Assembly: GCA_964401135.1 (NCBI GenBank)
Contig: CAYNXC010000001.1
Coordinates: 72,775 to 120,777, forward strand
Source: an uncultured Candidatus Saccharibacteria bacterium
GTDB lineage: Bacteria; Patescibacteriota; Minisyncoccia; Phycocordibacterales; UBA9988
DNA: 48,003 bases
Reading direction: 5' to 3'
The translations under genes were made by a program, and so were the position numbers. Shown one piece after another: positions 43,591 to 48,003 of this stretch. The notes under the pieces are model-generated. The model was not told the DNA's origin and did no database searches. It saw nothing but the letters and a program-made list of their open reading frames with translations. Within the stretch, counting starts at the first letter, position 1. Each line of letters starts with the position of its first letter.

Positions 43591-44361
43591 CTATTCAAGC
43601 CAGGTGAGCGTAACCATGAGAAAGACACCAATGCCAATAGCCGCAAATTGAATGAGCGCTTGTGTCGTCTTATTGTTTTCATTGAGGTGCGGCACAAGAT
43701 CGCTCCCCGCAATGTAGATAAAGCCGCCCGCGGTGATGGGGAGCGCGTAGCGAGTGAGCAATTCAAGGAGTGTTCCATTTCCCCCCAAGAGAAATACAAA
43801 GACTGCTCCCGCAATAGCAAGACACGCGGAGATGAGGTTCCAGAGTAACGCTTTTTTTGTGGTAAATCCGGAATGGATGAGAATACCAAAGTCAGAGATC
43901 TCCTGTGGGATCTCGTGCAGTATCACTGCAACGGTGGTTGCAAATCCAGTAATAGGAGAGACGAGGTACGAAAGCGCAATGACCATACCGTCAATAAAAT
44001 TATGCGCCCCATCAGAGACCAAGTTGAGATAGCCCACCGGGTGGATGTGGCCCTCATGCTCCGCCTCGTGCTCATGCGTCCAGTGAAAGAATTTTTCTAA
44101 CACAAAAAAGAGTCCTATCCCCAAGAGTACCCAGAATGAGACGAGGTTGAGATCCCCCATCGTCTCAAAAGCCTCCGGGATTAGATGAAGGAAAGCGTCC
44201 CCAAATAGTGCTCCCACAGCAAAGGAAACCAAGACAAAAAGATACTTACGCAAACGCTCTACAGAAAAAGAAAGGGTCAGGACTCCCGCGAGAGAAATGA
44301 GACTCACGACTATAACGCTCATAAAGGTGTACAGGATATTCATATTCATAGTATAGTCCAT
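43591..44361 (-). CDS. ZIP-family divalent metal transporter (ZupT-like)
   Basis: 256-aa polytopic ORF with the signature ILHEIPQEISDFGILI and a His-rich loop, HWTHEHEAEHEGHIHP. Alternative starts are available at M5 and M7. Confidence 0.8.
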   Translation of the reverse strand: MDYTMNMNILYTFMSVIVVSLISLAGVLTLSFSVERLRKYLFVLVSFAVGALFGDAFLHLIPEAFETMGDLNLVSFWVLLGIGLFFVLEKFFHWTHEHEAEHEGHIHPVGYLNLVSDGAHNFIDGMVIALSYLVSPITGFATTVAVILHEIPQEISDFGILIHSGFTTKKALLWNLISACLAIAGAVFVFLLGGNGTLLELLTRYALPITAGGFIYIAGSDLVPHLNENNKTTQALIQFAAIGIGVFLMVTLTWLE

Positions 44362-44363
44362 AG

Positions 44364-45506
44364 ATGACTATTTTGGGAATTGAGACCAGCTGTGACGAGA
44401 CGAGTATCGCACTTCTCACGGCAAATGGGACATCTCGTGCGCCTACATTTTGTGTGCAAAAAACAGTCATTCACTCCCAGATAGATGTGCACCGCGAGTA
44501 TGGCGGTGTCTATCCCACACTCGCTAAGCGAGAGCACGAGAGAAACCTTGTGCCTGTGCTCATTGAGGTACTCACAGATGCAAGATTGCTTCAAGAAAAG
44601 AAGAAAGATGAACAAACAATCAAAGAGTTTGCCGATATCTTTACCCATGAGCAGGAACTTCTAACGCAATTCACTGAAACGATTTTACAAATTAAGAAAC
44701 CAGCGATTAACGCCATTGCAGTTACGGTGGGGCCAGGACTACAACCTGCACTCTGGGCCGGCATCAATTTTGCGCGCGCGCTCTCGCGTGCATGGGAGCT
44801 CCCGCTTATCTCGGTCAACCATATGGAGGGGCATCTTATCTCATCATTACTTTCAGCAGAAGGAGAGGAGGGTAAGAAAGAAATCTTATTCCCTGCGATT
44901 GGACTCCTCGTCTCCGGAGGACACACCGAGTTAGTACAGATTGAAGCGTGGGGGAATTACAGCGTGCTGGGGAGGACGCGCGATGACGCTGCGGGAGAAT
45001 CCTTTGATAAAGTCGCTCGCATACTCGGCCTCCCCTATCCTGGAGGTCCTGCACTATCACAGCTCGCCGAAACGAGTATTGGGAAGACAGTGATCTCACT
45101 CCCTCGACCAATGATCCATTCGAATGATTACGATTTTTCATTTTCTGGATTAAAGACTGCGGTGCTGTATGCGACACGAGAACGATCGGAGTCGCTCACT
45201 AATGGGCAGTCCCGTGCTGCACTTGCACACGAGTTTGAAGAAGCAGTAATAGAGGTACTCATTTCAAAAACAAGACGAGCGCTTACCAAGACACAAGCAA
45301 AGACGCTCATCGTTGGTGGTGGCGTGATTGCAAATAAAAAACTCCGTGCCGCACTTGAGCTACTTGCAACAGAAATAGGGGTACAACTCTCCCTCCCTCG
45401 TTCCGAGTACACAGGAGATAATGCCGCAATGATCGCGGCAGCAGGATACCTCCACAGAGAAGAGGCCGGGCACTCGTTTGAGGCAAGCGGGACGCTTTCG
45501 CTGTGA
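44364..45506 (+). CDS. tsaD: tRNA N6-adenosine threonylcarbamoyltransferase TsaD (Kae1/Gcp family), with an insertion of about 45 aa
   Basis: The protein starts MTILGIETSCDETSIAL and contains VNHMEGH, SGGHTEL and GDNAAMIA. It is 380 aa, with an extra segment (LLQEKKKDEQTIKEFADIFTHEQELL...). Confidence 0.9.
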   Translation: MTILGIETSCDETSIALLTANGTSRAPTFCVQKTVIHSQIDVHREYGGVYPTLAKREHERNLVPVLIEVLTDARLLQEKKKDEQTIKEFADIFTHEQELLTQFTETILQIKKPAINAIAVTVGPGLQPALWAGINFARALSRAWELPLISVNHMEGHLISSLLSAEGEEGKKEILFPAIGLLVSGGHTELVQIEAWGNYSVLGRTRDDAAGESFDKVARILGLPYPGGPALSQLAETSIGKTVISLPRPMIHSNDYDFSFSGLKTAVLYATRERSESLTNGQSRAALAHEFEEAVIEVLISKTRRALTKTQAKTLIVGGGVIANKKLRAALELLATEIGVQLSLPRSEYTGDNAAMIAAAGYLHREEAGHSFEASGTLSL

Positions 45507-45508
45507 GA

Positions 45509-46027
45509 TTAATAAAGGGAGACGGGTTGGGCAAAAAGCTGAACAACAAAAGTGGCAGTATGTCCCTTATAGATTCCTTGTGCGGTACCTACTCCAATTT
45601 CTGTAAACTTGCTGTTGAGGATGTTGGTACGATGTGTGGGTGAGTCCATCCATGCAGTAGTAACTGCATTGCTTTTGTTAAAATTGACTGCCAGATTTTC
45701 TCCGGCAATGGTGTAAGCGTAGCCCACTCGATCTAGAAAGACCCACGGATCTTCACCTTCTGGCGTTTGATGTGAGAAGTAAGAGCGCTCTGCCATATCA
45801 CGCGCTTTTGCCTCCGCAGCCATTGTAAGCTGTGAATTTTCTACAAGGAGCGATGTTCCACTTTCTCTACGGTACTCGTTGGTGAGCTTCACAAGTTCAC
45901 CCGATGCAACGGCACTTGTTTGAGGCGTTCGAGAGGGAAGAGATGTATCTGCAATAAGTATGAGCGTAAGTACTACAAATAGAGCAAGCGCAAAAGCGCG
46001 CGTCTCAGTGTGTGTATTACGACGCAC
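45509..46027 (-). CDS. CAP/SCP/PR1-like (YkwD-type) secreted protein
   Basis: Motifs YRRESGTSLLVENSQLTMAAEAKARDMAERSYFSHQTPEG, GENLA and MDSPTHRTNIL are present. A GTG start at 46027 gives an N-terminal anchor and avoids a 149-nt overlap with the upstream gene. The track start is 46165. Confidence 0.7.
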   Translation of the reverse strand: MRRNTHTETRAFALALFVVLTLILIADTSLPSRTPQTSAVASGELVKLTNEYRRESGTSLLVENSQLTMAAEAKARDMAERSYFSHQTPEGEDPWVFLDRVGYAYTIAGENLAVNFNKSNAVTTAWMDSPTHRTNILNSKFTEIGVGTAQGIYKGHTATFVVQLFAQPVSLY

Positions 46028-47078
46028 TCGGCGATGTGCCCTGCGTCGTATGTGAGTTGTTGTTGGGGAAGGCACGGTTGATGAAAAACCAGATGACAAA
46101 TAGTGCGAGCACAAACGCGAGCGGCGGGATAATGCAAGGGTAAGGAATGAGATATGCAATGACAATTGCCGTCACCAATCCTGCGATGAAAAAGTAAATA
46201 CGCTTTTCTACAAATTCCTCTCTCGTAATCCGTTCACGCTCCCAATTATTATTCCATGTTCTGTATAAAAACCAAAGTACCCAAATGATAATAATAATGA
46301 TGAGCCAATAAACAAAACAGGTCCCCCAAGCACCGAGCACTTCAGAGAGTGAAGAAAAGACGGATGCCGTCTGTGCAGAATCTCTCGTCGTATCCGAATT
46401 ACTCGCAGTCGCACCAAGTATTGCTGGAGCGGATGATTTGGGGAGTATACGATGAGTAAAGGCGCCGAGAATTTCCCCTAGCTCATCAGGCGCATTCCCA
46501 TCTCCTCCCTGTCCCCCGGTAAATGAGGTGGAAGTGGTAGTTCCAGAACTACCTCCGCTAGTTCCTCCGTTACCACTACTACCACCTTTGCCACAGTTAC
46601 TGATACATCCTTCTTCCACGGTGCCCTCTCCAGAGATACCGATGAGGATATCAAACTGCACGCTCTTCTCTTGGTAAGGGTTCCCCGTCTCTGGAGCAAA
46701 GCGAACAGAAAAATCATACCGAGCTTGGGCGCCACTTCCGAGCGTTCCGAGCGGGATAAGTGACTCGTTTAAAAAATTGGTGAGTGTATTCGTATAGAGC
46801 GTAGTTGCTCCATTCTTTATGATGATGGTCATCATATCTCCTAAACCATCCGCATTTTGTATATTTTCTGCCTTCACTGCAATGGGGATACTCTCTGTGG
46901 TGAGGTTCGTTGTTGTTGCAGAGCGTGTGACGGTGTCACCCGGCATAAAGCTTGCTTCAGAAAAAAGTGGCGTCGCCTCAAACGCTACTTGGAGATGGGT
47001 CCCCGCGTGCACACGATTAAAAGGGACTAGTGTGAGTAGTAAAAAGTAGAAATAAATGATAATAAGCTTTTTATTCAT
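46017..47078 (-). CDS. Secreted protein with a TasA/camelysin-like N-domain, a Gly/Ser linker and a C-terminal 3-TM region
   Basis: 353-aa ORF with the signal MNKKLIIIYFYFLLLTLVPFNRVHA. FEATPLFSEASFMPGDTV...RYDFSVRFAPETGNPYQEKSVQFDILIG resembles the TasA/CalY family pattern. The linker is GGSSGNGGTSGGSSG. Confidence 0.4.
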   Translation of the reverse strand: MNKKLIIIYFYFLLLTLVPFNRVHAGTHLQVAFEATPLFSEASFMPGDTVTRSATTTNLTTESIPIAVKAENIQNADGLGDMMTIIIKNGATTLYTNTLTNFLNESLIPLGTLGSGAQARYDFSVRFAPETGNPYQEKSVQFDILIGISGEGTVEEGCISNCGKGGSSGNGGTSGGSSGTTTSTSFTGGQGGDGNAPDELGEILGAFTHRILPKSSAPAILGATASNSDTTRDSAQTASVFSSLSEVLGAWGTCFVYWLIIIIIIWVLWFLYRTWNNNWERERITREEFVEKRIYFFIAGLVTAIVIAYLIPYPCIIPPLAFVLALFVIWFFINRAFPNNNSHTTQGTSPSAS

Positions 47079-48003
47079 TGATTGTTTCTTCTTGTTTCTC
47101 CGGCATTATCGCAGGTACCTCCTCTGTTACCAGAGGTGTTGTTTCCTCTTCGGTATTCACTTGCGGTAATTCCTCTTCATTCTCTTCACCCACTTCTGCC
47201 TCCAGTTCTTCATCATTCTTTAGCTCTGTAGTTGTTGCGGTCTCGGTAGGGAGATCTAGGGGCTCAGTACTACTTGCTGTCCCCTCTTCATCATCAACGC
47301 TCGGTGGGCCGGGGATGATAATAATGCTCTCATCACTTGAGGTAGCGGTACTGGTCGCAGTTTCTTCTAACGGTACTTCGGGAATAGATCCAGAGGGTAC
47401 CAACGCACTCTCTTCTACTTGAACAGGGACATCTCCTCCATCATCTGAAGCGAAGGGGAGTGCCACAAAAAGAGTATCAGGGAGTCCTTGTAAGGCGTCA
47501 GCAACCATCACACCCTCTGCGGTGAAGCGCATTATTTCTCGCCCCGATGATGAAGGATTAGTACCTGGATTTGGACTCGCATTGATGATAAAGTCCCTCG
47601 CCGTATCAGTATCATAGCCCTTTACAATGCGCGCAAGTGAGTCACCCTGCCGATCTCCCGGGAGAGAAAGATAGGTGTTGTCGTCTCCATAACTCATTGC
47701 GTCAATGAGAAGATCGCTTGCGTCACGAAGCTCTACTCTATCTCCAACATCACTCAAGCCATTACTGCCAAGTTTTGTTCCTACCGCAATAGTAATTGCT
47801 GAAGTAGAGGCAATCTCTGGCCACTGTAGTGCCCAGGTACTTGAACTGTTTGCAACGACAGCAAATCCGTATGCAGGGATAGTAGCGGGGGAAGTAATAC
47901 TGTCACATCCTGCATCATCACAAAGCTGCCACCCGTACACATCAACTGCAGCGGCAGTCGGGTTATAGAGCTCCACCCACTCGTTGTTGGTATCTGATCC
48001 ACG
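47071..48003 (-). CDS. Lamin-tail-domain (LTD) protein with an acidic low-complexity C-terminus; the N-terminus lies outside the window
   Basis: The frame stays open to the window edge (RGSDTNNEWVELYNPTAAAVDVYGWQLCDD). The EWVELYNPT...GW.L motif is the LTD signature. The track start at 47976 is an internal GTG. The tail is rich in Glu and Thr. Confidence 0.6.
   Translation of the reverse strand, partial: RGSDTNNEWVELYNPTAAAVDVYGWQLCDDAGCDSITSPATIPAYGFAVVANSSSTWALQWPEIASTSAITIAVGTKLGSNGLSDVGDRVELRDASDLLIDAMSYGDDNTYLSLPGDRQGDSLARIVKGYDTDTARDFIINASPNPGTNPSSSGREIMRFTAEGVMVADALQGLPDTLFVALPFASDDGGDVPVQVEESALVPSGSIPEVPLEETATSTATSSDESIIIIPGPPSVDDEEGTASSTEPLDLPTETATTTELKNDEELEAEVGEENEEELPQVNTEEETTPLVTEEVPAIMPEKQEETINE

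Noticed and set aside
1-48003. CRISPR arrays, transposases or integrases, prophage genes, toxin-antitoxin pairs, and alternative genetic code (UGA recoding)
   Set aside because: I saw no regularly spaced direct repeats and no ORFs with recombinase or transposase motifs. Long conserved genes (secA, secD, tsaD, the GT genes) read through cleanly with the standard code and end at TGA, TAA or TAG.

Overview
This 48-kb window looks like a Patescibacteria/CPR (Parcubacteria-like) genome fragment, based on a divergent 16S rRNA gene that is not linked to a 23S gene, tightly packed genes mostly on the minus strand, and gene content. All functional calls come from motifs read by eye in the translations; no database search was possible.

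Contents in order:
- 1-6 kb: an operon of secreted and anchored surface proteins. It includes an edge-truncated repeat protein that is missing from the ORF track.
- 6-9.5 kb: a DsbA-like oxidoreductase, secA, and a 29-codon lysine-rich micro-ORF flanked by promoter-like and terminator-like elements.
- 9.9-32.4 kb: a roughly 22-kb glycan island. It has an O-antigen-ligase-like/TPR protein, five GT4 glycosyltransferases (one fused to GtrA), a GT-C (ArnT/PMT-like) enzyme, a Wzx flippase and three SAM methyltransferases. Embedded in it is an ulosonic-acid cassette: a NeuB-like synthase lacking the SAF domain, a KdsC-like phosphatase, a cytidylyltransferase, a DegT aminotransferase, SDR, AKR and TIM-barrel enzymes, and a B12-type radical SAM enzyme.
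- 32.4-37.5 kb: an orphan TraD/VirD4/HerA-like P-loop ATPase, an unknown 191-aa protein, a DUF4015-like glycoside hydrolase and small envelope proteins.
- 37.7-40.6 kb: tRNA-Leu(CAG), a Cys/His-rich 71-aa protein, a SpeH-like protein, tRNA-Ile(GAU) convergent with the 16S gene, and a clear 16S promoter.
- 40.7-48 kb: small membrane ORFs, secDF, a ZIP transporter, tsaD, and a CAP / TasA-like / lamin-tail-domain secreted trio.

Most notable observations:
- The ulosonic-acid cassette has an unusual composition.
- A roughly 40-nt palindromic module sits in the same reading frame in two unrelated adjacent genes.
- The surface operon resembles the WxL/DUF916 clusters of Firmicutes.
- The rRNA locus is rearranged, and the 16S 3' tail appears to carry CUUCC in place of the canonical CCUCC anti-Shine-Dalgarno core.

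No CRISPR array, transposase, integrase or reverse transcriptase was seen.
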